From contig OZ245842.1 in assembly GCA_965228895.1 (NCBI GenBank), positions 160,001-224,000 on the forward strand: DNA of 64,000 bases, in the 5' to 3' direction. The stretch's first letter is position 1. Each line of letters begins with the position of its first letter. The stretch comes from Alphaproteobacteria bacterium. GTDB taxonomy: Bacteria; Pseudomonadota; Alphaproteobacteria; SP197. Positions 36,115 through 44,281 of the stretch are shown one piece after another. The position numbers and the translations under genes are program-made. A model generated the notes under the pieces. That model saw nothing but the letters and a program-made list of their open reading frames with translations. It ran no database searches and was not told the origin of the DNA.

Positions 36115-36750
36115 TCATGATCCGCAGAAATTGGCTGTCAGCAGGCGGTCATAAAGCCGCGTCATCTCGCGCTCGCCGACAGTCGTTACCGGGACTCCGA
36201 GATGGTTGAGCAACGAATCAACGAAATCATGCCAGCCGACGGCAACGCCGACCCAATGGGTGCCGGGTCCGCCGGGCTGCCACGCGCCTGTGTCGCCGTC
36301 CTTACCATCGGGCGCCGTCGCGCCCGGCGCCATACGGTCGACCAGTCGAAAATGTGTGCCGTTATCGATGGCCTCGATCTCGAAACGAGTTCGGCCGCCG
36401 TGATCGGCCGCGAACTCAATTGCGGAGCCGGGAGCAAGCGCCGCGATTGTGCCATCCCAACCATCTTTGAACGAAAATCGGCCGTCGACACGGGCGTCCA
36501 TGGTCGTTTCCATGAACCACGCCGACAGCTCAGCGGGATCGCTGATAGCGGACCAGACGCGCGCGCGATCAACAGGCAGCTCGCGGCGGAACGTCAGCGT
36601 GCCGGGGTCGGTGAGTTCTCCCAGTAAGGGCGAAAAGGCCACCAGCGCAGACCAGTTCTCGAAGCCGTACTCGCGTGCGACCTCATCGTCTTCACGTCGC
36701 AACATTTCGGCTTCGTCGCGGAGTAGGTTGTTAAGAGCGGTACCGGTCAC
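36115..36750 (-). CDS. SRPBCC/AHSA1 domain protein
   Basis: LTFRRELP...RVWSAISDPAELSAWF, GWHDFVDSL. Confidence 0.75.
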   Translation of the reverse strand: MTGTALNNLLRDEAEMLRREDDEVAREYGFENWSALVAFSPLLGELTDPGTLTFRRELPVDRARVWSAISDPAELSAWFMETTMDARVDGRFSFKDGWDGTIAALAPGSAIEFAADHGGRTRFEIEAIDNGTHFRLVDRMAPGATAPDGKDGDTGAWQPGGPGTHWVGVAVGWHDFVDSLLNHLGVPVTTVGEREMTRLYDRLLTANFCGS

Positions 36751-36757
36751 GGGGTGC

Positions 36758-38488
36758 CTAAAACGGCTTCACCGCATCGGCGATGCGGGCGAGTTTGAGG
36801 GCGTCGTAGCGTTCGTCGGTATCCGGCAAATCGTGGGCCAGACGGAAAGCGGTCATGCCGTTGGGCAGGGGCTGGATGATGTTGCCGCCGTAGCCGCGCA
36901 TGGTCGCCAGGCGCATGAAACCGCGTTCCCGGCTCGCGTAACCCTGCATCCAATAGGCCAGGTGATAGGTAATATCGCCGTCGGTGGTCGTGTGGCCGGT
37001 GGGCAACCCCTTGTCGGGCGAGGGATCGAGCGCCTCGCGGACGAGCGACGGGTCGAGCAACTGCTCGCCATCGTGCACGCCGCCGTCATCCAACAGCCGG
37101 CCAAGCTTGGCAATGTCGTCGAGGCCGAGGAAAAAACCGAACGCTGTCACTGGTACACCCAACGAGCCGTCGGGTTCCAAGGTGCGGTTCGTGTCGGCGC
37201 CGCGAATGCCGATGGGCCGGTAGACCTCGTCGGCAACCATGGCGAAGAGATCGGCGTCGGGACTCCGATGCCGCTTCCAGACGGCGTCCATGGCGACGCC
37301 GGCCATAAAGAGGTCCTGATCGCGGTAACGGGCGACCTCGCCGGGTCCCCATGGATAGCTCGGGCAGGCGAAGGCGGCGGCCAGCTTGTCGTTGCGGCTC
37401 TTGGCGGCGTACCAGGCCTGATAGGCGCGATAGCAGGGCTCGCCCGTGCCGCCGATGTGTTCGGGCCCGGTCAGGTTGTCGGCGTGGATATCCAGGACGT
37501 CACGGCTTGGCGAGGCCGTGCCGATGCCGCTTGCCATGTTCAGGCAATCCCTGATCGTCACATGCAGCCAGCCGTCGTGAACGGCCGGCACCTCGACCAC
37601 ATCGCCGACAAGCGTGTTGCCGACGTCAGGTCCCAGATGATGCGCCAGCCGCATCAAGGCCGTCGTACCGAACGCCGCCTTGGTCGCCGACCACAGGCCG
37701 AACCGCATGGCGCGCGGGAAGGGGGCGGTGCCATGCTCGACCCGCATGGATGTGGCGTAAATGACATCGCCGATCACCAGGCCGGCAACGATCTCGCTGT
37801 CGGCGCCCGGTCCCTCGCCGAGCGCATCGATCAGGTCGCGGCCGCAGTGCACCGCGAGTTCGTCGATCGGGCGAATGGCGTATTCCTCGCTGCGATCGGC
37901 CGCGTGATCGCGGGCAGCCATGTCGCTCTCGGCCGGTCCGCCGGTTCCGATGCGGACGGGGACACGCCCCCAAAGTTCGAACGTATTGGGCAGGTGGTCA
38001 GGCTGGGTATTGGTGATCTTCTGAACGGCAAGCGGCGTGATCGTCGTGTCGTCAAAAAGGAAACACGCCAGGCCGTGATGGGTTTCGTTCTCGCGCTCGT
38101 TGGAGAGCTGAAACGGAAACGATGCGCGCAGCAGCCCGCCGTCGCCCGGTTCCGACCACACATGACCGGCCCCCGCCGCCAGGTCCCAATAGCTGTCACC
38201 GGCTGAACGCCGCAATCCCCGTCTATTGGGGATCAGCGCGCCGTCCTTTGTCGTGAAGCCGATCGAGAGAGAGGGGAAGAGGCGGGGATCGCCGCCCAAA
38301 AGCGTTTGGTCGTTGAGCGCGGGGCAGTCGCTCGTCAGTGATGCTTCGTCGATGTGCAGCGTGCCGGCAAAGCCGCTGCGCGCCTTTGTTGCATCCGGAC
38401 CGGGGGTAAAAGCGGCATTGGCGACGGGACCGCTCATGGTCTCGCCGTCGCGCATCATCTGCGCTGTTAATGCGGTACGCTCTGCCAT
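36758..38488 (-). CDS. Serine hydrolase, beta-lactamase/AmpC-like family
   Basis: WSATK (SxxK), VTIRDCLNMASG, PWGPGEVARYRD, DIAKLG, MRGYGG. Confidence 0.8.
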   Translation of the reverse strand: MAERTALTAQMMRDGETMSGPVANAAFTPGPDATKARSGFAGTLHIDEASLTSDCPALNDQTLLGGDPRLFPSLSIGFTTKDGALIPNRRGLRRSAGDSYWDLAAGAGHVWSEPGDGGLLRASFPFQLSNERENETHHGLACFLFDDTTITPLAVQKITNTQPDHLPNTFELWGRVPVRIGTGGPAESDMAARDHAADRSEEYAIRPIDELAVHCGRDLIDALGEGPGADSEIVAGLVIGDVIYATSMRVEHGTAPFPRAMRFGLWSATKAAFGTTALMRLAHHLGPDVGNTLVGDVVEVPAVHDGWLHVTIRDCLNMASGIGTASPSRDVLDIHADNLTGPEHIGGTGEPCYRAYQAWYAAKSRNDKLAAAFACPSYPWGPGEVARYRDQDLFMAGVAMDAVWKRHRSPDADLFAMVADEVYRPIGIRGADTNRTLEPDGSLGVPVTAFGFFLGLDDIAKLGRLLDDGGVHDGEQLLDPSLVREALDPSPDKGLPTGHTTTDGDITYHLAYWMQGYASRERGFMRLATMRGYGGNIIQPLPNGMTAFRLAHDLPDTDERYDALKLARIADAVKPF

Positions 38489-38575
38489 CGAACCCCCTTA
38501 CGCCTGGACGAGCCGTGCGTGCCATCGGATCATAGGGCCGGGACCAACACAACCGCGCCGCGCCTCAGGAGAACA

Positions 38576-39439
38576 ATGACAACACCCATTCTGGTCATCG
38601 GGGCGACCGGCCATGTCGGCCGCGAAGTCGTCAATCAATTGAAAGCGGCCGGCATGCCCATGCGCATCATGACCCGGGACGCCAGCCGGGCGGCGGATCT
38701 GGGTCTTGCCGCCGACATGGTGGTCCAAGGCGATCTGCGCGAGCCCGGTTCGCTGGGTGACGCTGTTGCCGGGATCGAAAAGGCTTACTACGCGACACCC
38801 GATCCGGAAGACAACGTGGTCATGCTGGAGAACTTTCTGGCTGCCGGCAAACCGGCCGGTCTGCAGCATGTGGTCCGGCTCTCGGCGCGTTCCGCCGACA
38901 TTACCTCATCGGACGATCTGGCGCGCCGCCATGGCCTCGCCGAACAGGCATTGGAAAACGCCGGTCTCGCCTGGACCCATATCCGGCCCAGTTGGTTCAT
39001 GCAGATGATGGTTGAGTATGCGCCCGGCGGTCGCATGGCGTTGCCGGGTGGCGAGGGTCGGATCGGCTGGATCGATACCCGCGATGTCGCCGCCATGGCA
39101 GTGAAGGCGTTGACCGAGAGCGTGCACGAGGGCAAGTGCTACACGATCAGCGGGCCGGAGGCGCTCTCCTACGGCGATCTCGCCCGTTTGATGTCTGACG
39201 CGACCGGCCGCGACTTCGTCTACGAGGACATGACGCCGGAAGCCTATCGCGAGCAGCAACTCGCCGCCGGCGACGAGGATTGGTACGTCGATCTCGTGCT
39301 GCAGCTCTACGCGAACATACGGGCCGGACGTTATGCCTATCTGACCGACGAGTTCGAAGCGGTCATGGGCCGACCGGCGACGACCTTCGCTCAGTTCGCC
39401 AAGGATTGCGCCGCGGATCTGGTCAAGCAGCTCGATTGA
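38576..39439 (+). CDS. NmrA-like NAD(P)H-binding atypical SDR
   Basis: ILVIGATGHVG, HIRPSWFMQ, IDTRDVA, YTISGPEALS; ATG at 38576 after AGGAG. Confidence 0.9.
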   Translation: MTTPILVIGATGHVGREVVNQLKAAGMPMRIMTRDASRAADLGLAADMVVQGDLREPGSLGDAVAGIEKAYYATPDPEDNVVMLENFLAAGKPAGLQHVVRLSARSADITSSDDLARRHGLAEQALENAGLAWTHIRPSWFMQMMVEYAPGGRMALPGGEGRIGWIDTRDVAAMAVKALTESVHEGKCYTISGPEALSYGDLARLMSDATGRDFVYEDMTPEAYREQQLAAGDEDWYVDLVLQLYANIRAGRYAYLTDEFEAVMGRPATTFAQFAKDCAADLVKQLD

Positions 39440-40898
39440 CCGGTCGCACGCCCGACGTCAGGGATACTCGCAAAGCCTCCTCAAGGCTCGGGCAACGGAA
39501 CCCGAAACCTGCGTCGCACAGCCGAATGGGCTGAATGCGCTTGCTGGCGAGCAGCAGTTCCTGGCCCATCTCGCCGAACACCAGGCGAATCAGCCGGGCT
39601 GGTATGGCGAACAGGCATGGGCGCCCCAACTGGCGGGCCAGTGCCGCGGAGAACTGGGCATTGCGGACGGGCACCGGGGCGACGGCGTTGAACGGGCCTC
39701 TGAGGTCGTCGCGCGCAATCAGGAAGGCGATCATGGCGATGACGTCGTCCAGGTGAACCCAGGACATCCATTGCCGGCCAGAGCCCAGGCGCGCGCCCAG
39801 ACCGAACTCGAAGGGCGGCATCATCATGCCGAGCGGACCGCCATGGGCGGCGAGCACCAATCCCAGCCGCAGTTGCACAACGCGCACGCCGAAGCGGCAT
39901 GCCTTGCGCGATTCGGCTTCGCAGGCCGCGCACATGGCGTTGGAGAAGCCGGGTTCGGGTTTGGTGTTTTCGGTCACCGGCCGTTCGCTATCGCAGCCGT
40001 AGTAGCCGATCGCCGAGGCGCTAATCAGAACCTCCGGTTTGGCTTCAAGGCGGCCGATGAAAGCAACCAGCGCCCGCGTCGTATCGATCCGGCTGGCGCG
40101 CAGCAGCGCCTTGCGTTTGGCGGTCCAGCGGCGTGTTGCGACCGGCGCCCCCGCCAGATGGACGATCGCGTCAAAGACCTCGTCATCGCCGAAACTGTCG
40201 AGATCGGTCGTGATGCGCACCGGCAGCGGCAGGTCGCGCGCCTTGCGGGCGTCGCGGGTCAGAACCGTCACGTGATGGCCGGATTCGACCAGCGCAGCGG
40301 CCAGGCGTCGTCCGATGAAGCCGGTGCCGCCGGTGATCAGAATCCGTTTGGTGCCGCTGAGGTAGTCGGTAATCAGATCGGCGGCCGGATCGGTGGCCGG
40401 AGGGGCCTGGTCGACGGCGTGACTGCGCGCGGCATCGCGGAGGGTCCAGAAGGCAACGCCGGCAGCAAAGACAGTCATCACAGCCGACCAGGCGCCGCGC
40501 TGGACCAGGACAAGCGCGGTGGGTTCATGGGCCCAGGCGACGAGATAGGGCGCGAACAGCGCCAGAAAGGCGCCGTAGCTGACCGCAAGCACGGTGTGGA
40601 GGATCCGCTCGCTCTCTGGCAGCAGACGCGTGCGGTCTTCAATCACGAAGTCGCTAAGCGTGATGGCGATTTCGATCAGCAGCAGACCGGCAAACGCGAT
40701 TGCCAACAGGCCATGGGGTTCGGCCCAGGCCAGCACCAGGAAGATGACCGCATAGATGCCGTTGCGCGCCGCGTGCAGCCTGAGCTCCGTCGATGCCGTC
40801 TTCTTCCACGTCAGGCGCTCGGTCAATTCGTGGTGATAAGCCAGATCAAAGGCGCCGATCAGCGCCTGGGCGGTGGCCACGATCATCAGGGCTTCCAT
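39423..40898 (-). CDS. TIGR01777-family epimerase/oxidoreductase with an N-terminal membrane domain
   Basis: N-terminal GAFDLAYHHE...DFVIEDRTRLLPESERILH membrane module; ILITGGTGFIG, HLAGA, SASAIGYYG, GSGRQWMSWVHLDD, PFNAVAP. Confidence 0.9.
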   Translation of the reverse strand: MEALMIVATAQALIGAFDLAYHHELTERLTWKKTASTELRLHAARNGIYAVIFLVLAWAEPHGLLAIAFAGLLLIEIAITLSDFVIEDRTRLLPESERILHTVLAVSYGAFLALFAPYLVAWAHEPTALVLVQRGAWSAVMTVFAAGVAFWTLRDAARSHAVDQAPPATDPAADLITDYLSGTKRILITGGTGFIGRRLAAALVESGHHVTVLTRDARKARDLPLPVRITTDLDSFGDDEVFDAIVHLAGAPVATRRWTAKRKALLRASRIDTTRALVAFIGRLEAKPEVLISASAIGYYGCDSERPVTENTKPEPGFSNAMCAACEAESRKACRFGVRVVQLRLGLVLAAHGGPLGMMMPPFEFGLGARLGSGRQWMSWVHLDDVIAMIAFLIARDDLRGPFNAVAPVPVRNAQFSAALARQLGRPCLFAIPARLIRLVFGEMGQELLLASKRIQPIRLCDAGFGFRCPSLEEALRVSLTSGVRPVNRAA

Positions 40899-41581
40899 GG
40901 GGCATCCTCCCGTTCGAAAAAATCACCTTCCTGGAACACCAACTCACCAAACCAGCGATGGCGGATCTGAAGCGTGAAACGAAACCGGCCGCCGCCGAGC
41001 TCACGGTGAGTGACGTGGGTGTTGCCAGGCGACAGAAGATCGGGCAGGGGCAGACGCAGCGGGCCGCAATGCCAGGCGTAGCCGCTGCTGATGAAATGCA
41101 GCGCGTGCTTTTCCGCCTTGAGATCGAGCCGCATGACAAAACCGCGGCCCAGGCACTCGAGCAGGCCGTCGCGCGGGTCGAAGCGTTTGACGCTGGTCAC
41201 GACAAAGCGCCGGCCGGCGGGGAACAGGTAGGCGCGGTTCCAGATGCCGGCGGCGCTTCCGGTATCGCCCTCGACGTCGATCATGGTGACGATGTCGTTG
41301 CCGGTCTTCGGGCACAGCGACGTGCCGAACAGGCGCGCCAGAAGGGCCAGTGCACGGCCGGCGCGTGACAGACGGACCGTTCCCATTAGGCCATAGAAAC
41401 CGCGTTTCGTGCTGTCATCGCCGAAGCGGGCGCGGATGGCGTGGTCCAGGCGCAACCAGGCGCGCTCACCCAGGAGCGAACGGTAGGTCGGCGCCGGTTC
41501 ATGGCTGCGCTGGATCGGGCGCGCCGTTGGCGCAAGCGCCACTCCGACCGTCGGAAGTTTCAGGAAATTTTGAAAGAACAT
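40886..41581 (-). CDS. DUF4166 domain protein
   Basis: W.RL..AIRARF, WNRAYLF, LLECLGRGF, LPLPDLLSPG, F.L.IRHRWFGELVFQEG.F; start uncertain. Confidence 0.8.
   Translation of the reverse strand: MFFQNFLKLPTVGVALAPTARPIQRSHEPAPTYRSLLGERAWLRLDHAIRARFGDDSTKRGFYGLMGTVRLSRAGRALALLARLFGTSLCPKTGNDIVTMIDVEGDTGSAAGIWNRAYLFPAGRRFVVTSVKRFDPRDGLLECLGRGFVMRLDLKAEKHALHFISSGYAWHCGPLRLPLPDLLSPGNTHVTHRELGGGRFRFTLQIRHRWFGELVFQEGDFFEREDAPWKP
41558..41575. promoter_or_regulatory. Second copy of the GbsR-type operator
   Basis: TTTCAG-GAAATT-TTGAAA, one mismatch to the half-sites of the palindrome at 42131-42150. Confidence 0.5.
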
Positions 41582-41596
41582 CTCAAAAAATCTCCC

Positions 41597-42118
41597 CTAT
41601 GAGGCGAACTTCGCAACCCGAGCACCCATGGCCATCAGCTTGCGCAGGACCGGGCGGGGAATGCGGCTGACCTGCTGATACCAACTGGTCATGTTGGTGA
41701 CGAAGTCGTGCATGGCGGCAATGCGGTCGGCGACCCCGGGGTCGATTGTCTTGTCGGCCGCGGCCTCGTCGCGGCAGCGCGCCAGGGTCTGCAAGAGCGG
41801 ATCGATCTCGCGCTCCTTACGCCCCTCGACGATCCGGGTCATCATCTCCCAGACGTCCTTTTCGGCGGTGAAGTGGTCGCGGCGGTCGCCCAGAACGTGG
41901 GTCAGTTCGATCAGGCGCCAGCCCTGCAGCTCTTTCAGGCACATGCTGACATTCGATCGGGCGATCGAGAGGGTTTCGGTGATCTCGTCGGCATGCAGGG
42001 GATCGTTTGCGAGATAAAGCAAGGCGTGCACCTGGGCGACCGAGCGGCTGACCCCCCAGCGCGAGCCCATCTCACCCCAATGCAGGATGAACTGTTCCAT
42101 GGCGCCGTTGAGTTTCAT
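41597..42118 (-). CDS. GbsR/MarR-family transcriptional regulator
   Basis: FILHWGEMGSRWGVSRSVAQVHALLYL, ARSNVSMCLKELQGW, GDRRDHF, RKEREIDP. Confidence 0.92.
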   Translation of the reverse strand: MKLNGAMEQFILHWGEMGSRWGVSRSVAQVHALLYLANDPLHADEITETLSIARSNVSMCLKELQGWRLIELTHVLGDRRDHFTAEKDVWEMMTRIVEGRKEREIDPLLQTLARCRDEAAADKTIDPGVADRIAAMHDFVTNMTSWYQQVSRIPRPVLRKLMAMGARVAKFAS

Positions 42119-42130
42119 GTAATCACCGTT

Positions 42131-42150
42131 ATTTCAGAAAAAACTGAAAT
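42131..42150. promoter_or_regulatory. Palindromic operator, likely autoregulatory
   Basis: ATTTCAG-AAAAAA-CTGAAAT perfect 7-6-7 inverted repeat 12 nt upstream of the regulator start. Confidence 0.7.
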
Positions 42151-42212
42151 GAATGTAAGGTGTGGCGGACCATGAGTCAAGTTTGGAGGCGATTCCGCCG
42201 GAATAGGCGGTC

Positions 42213-42950
42213 TCAGTAGGCTGGCAGGGACACGCTGACGACGGTTGCCGTCTGGTCGGAGCCGTAGCGCAGCGGCGGTCCGCCTGGCAGAAAGAACAGG
42301 TCGCCGGCGGCGCCTTCAAGGCGCGTCCCCTCTGTCTCCAGCCAGAACCCGTCGTCCAAGGGCACGACGACCGCATCGATAGCCGCCGTGTCGTCGATGG
42401 CCGACTTGTTGAAGGCGGCATAGCCGATAGTCAGGCGGAAACCGTCCTGCGGGCCTGTTGTTTTGGCCATGGCGGTGCGTCCAGCAATCGACGTCGAGTC
42501 GCTGTAGTCGGCGTCAGACCGGTGAAACAGCATCACGCCGTCGAGTGATCCCAAATCATCGACCGCGCTCAGATCCTTGATGTCTTCGCCGGCTTTCCAG
42601 CCGACGATCTCCGGCCAGTTGACCGGAAAGGTCGCGTAGAAGAACCGGGACGGCGCCGTTGCGGCATAGGCGGCCCTGCCGCCCTTGGGGATGGCGACGA
42701 TGTCGCCGGTACGCAGCGCATCGGATCCGTTGGCCGTCTCCCAGGTCAAGTTATCGTCGAGCGCGACGCACAAGGCCTCGTAGTCGCAGCGATAGGCGAA
42801 CGGTCCGCCCTCGACGGTGCATAAGCCGGCGGCCATGGTTTCGCTGTTGGCCTGGGTCACGATATCGGCGACGTCGAGTTTGCCGGGCGGTCCGCCATAG
42901 GCTTCGAAGCGCGCCGTCGCGATGGACTGATGGAGGACGCGCTTCACCAC
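42213..42950 (-). CDS. Tandem EutQ-like cupin protein
   Basis: ETMAAGL...PFAYRCDYE...GDIVAIPKG...FFYATFPVNW, followed by a second degenerate copy (LTIGY...AAGDLFFLPGG..LRY..VSLP). GTG start at 42950 inferred. Confidence 0.65.
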   Translation of the reverse strand: MVKRVLHQSIATARFEAYGGPPGKLDVADIVTQANSETMAAGLCTVEGGPFAYRCDYEALCVALDDNLTWETANGSDALRTGDIVAIPKGGRAAYAATAPSRFFYATFPVNWPEIVGWKAGEDIKDLSAVDDLGSLDGVMLFHRSDADYSDSTSIAGRTAMAKTTGPQDGFRLTIGYAAFNKSAIDDTAAIDAVVVPLDDGFWLETEGTRLEGAAGDLFFLPGGPPLRYGSDQTATVVSVSLPAY

Positions 42951-42954
42951 GCCG

Positions 42955-43371
42955 TCAGGCTTCGTCGGACTGGGGCAGAACGTTATCCAGATGCAGCCAG
43001 TTGAGCTTGGAGCCGACGAAGATGTGCCGCTCGCTCTCGCCGGCGCCGGGGTGGACGCCATCATCCAGGGTGCCTGGCGTGAACCAGCGCGACTGCGGTT
43101 CGTCGGCAACGTCGATTGTCATCTGGCAGCCGCAGGTCTTGCAGAAGAAACGGCTGACGCCGTCGGAACTATCGAAGCGCGTCAGGTTGTCTTCGCCTTT
43201 GACGTAGACGACGGATTCGATGGGCGCGATGGCAAGCGTGGCAAACGCCGCGCCGTGAACCTTCCGGCACATGGAACAGTGACAATGATAGAGGTCCGTC
43301 GTCGGTGCGCGAACCTCATAACGCACGGCGCCACATTGGCAGCCGCCCTGAAGCGGTAACGATGATTCCAT
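42955..43371 (-). CDS. GFA / CENP-V family Zn protein
   Basis: GGCQCGAVRY, CHCSMCRK, FCKTCG, HIFVGSK; ATG at 43371 after GGAG. Confidence 0.92.
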   Translation of the reverse strand: MESSLPLQGGCQCGAVRYEVRAPTTDLYHCHCSMCRKVHGAAFATLAIAPIESVVYVKGEDNLTRFDSSDGVSRFFCKTCGCQMTIDVADEPQSRWFTPGTLDDGVHPGAGESERHIFVGSKLNWLHLDNVLPQSDEA

Positions 43372-43402
43372 TCTGGTCTCTCCGGGTTTGATCGATGTTG
43401 GT

Positions 43403-43831
43403 CTAACCGTCGCCGAACTCGATAATCTTCGGCAACGTGTCATTGGGTTCATACCAGCCGTTACGCGACTCCCAGAAGATGTGCCGGAAGTTGGCGCTTT
43501 CGGCCCCTGGATCGGCGCCGTCATCCAGGCTGCCCGCCGCATACCAGATGTCGTCGGACTGTTCGGCGTTGTCCTCGTAAACCCGACTGCCGCATGTCGC
43601 GCAGAAGAAACGATGAATGCGCTCTGAGCTGTCATAACGTGTCACGTTGTCGGCGCCTTGGGTGACGACGAACGCATCGCGTGGCACGACCACATAGGTC
43701 GGCATCAAGGCGCCCTGCAGCTTGCGGCAAATCGAGCAGTGACAGTGATAGACGTCGTCGGCCGGGGCGTTCACCTGGAAGCGCACGGCGCCGCACAGAC
43801 AGCCGCCGGTCAGTGGCTTGAAGTCCGCCAT
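43403..43831 (-). CDS. GFA / CENP-V family Zn protein
   Basis: GGCLCGAVRF, CHCSICRK, FCATCG, HIFWESR. Confidence 0.92.
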   Translation of the reverse strand: MADFKPLTGGCLCGAVRFQVNAPADDVYHCHCSICRKLQGALMPTYVVVPRDAFVVTQGADNVTRYDSSERIHRFFCATCGSRVYEDNAEQSDDIWYAAGSLDDGADPGAESANFRHIFWESRNGWYEPNDTLPKIIEFGDG

Positions 43832-43834
43832 GAC

Positions 43835-44281
43835 TTAACCCTCACCGTAGCCGGTGTGCTTGGGCAGGTCGTCGCCCGGGTCATACCAGCTTACGCGTGA
43901 TTCCCAGAAGATATGCCGCTCCTTGTCGGCAGCGTGGCCGGGCGACTGGCCGGCATCAAGCGAGCCGAGGTTGATGAAGAACTCGTTGGGCCAGTCGTCG
44001 ACCAAGGTGAAGAGCTGACCGCCACATACACGGCAGAACTGCCGGTGCGTGCCCGGCGTGCTCTCAAAGTCGACCAGGTCGGCCTTGCCGCTGACCAGGG
44101 TGAAGGCGTCCACCGGTACAATGCCCGCACTGGCAAAGAGTGAACCGTGGGTCTTGCGACACAATGAGCAATTGCAGTGCATGACCTGCTCCATCGCTTG
44201 GCTCACCTCATAGCGCACGCCACCGCATTGGCAGCCGCCGGTTCGCAGTTGGGTTGTCACAATCGGGTGCTCCTCATTCAC
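43835..44281 (-). CDS. GFA / CENP-V family Zn protein
   Basis: GGCQCGGVRY, CNCSLCRK, FCRVCG, HIFWESR. Confidence 0.92.
   Translation of the reverse strand: MNEEHPIVTTQLRTGGCQCGGVRYEVSQAMEQVMHCNCSLCRKTHGSLFASAGIVPVDAFTLVSGKADLVDFESTPGTHRQFCRVCGGQLFTLVDDWPNEFFINLGSLDAGQSPGHAADKERHIFWESRVSWYDPGDDLPKHTGYGEG

Noticed and set aside
36758-38488. Antibiotic-resistance beta-lactamase
   Set aside because: It has SxxK but is large, lacks a signal peptide and lacks canonical YxN/KTG motifs; a general serine hydrolase is more likely.
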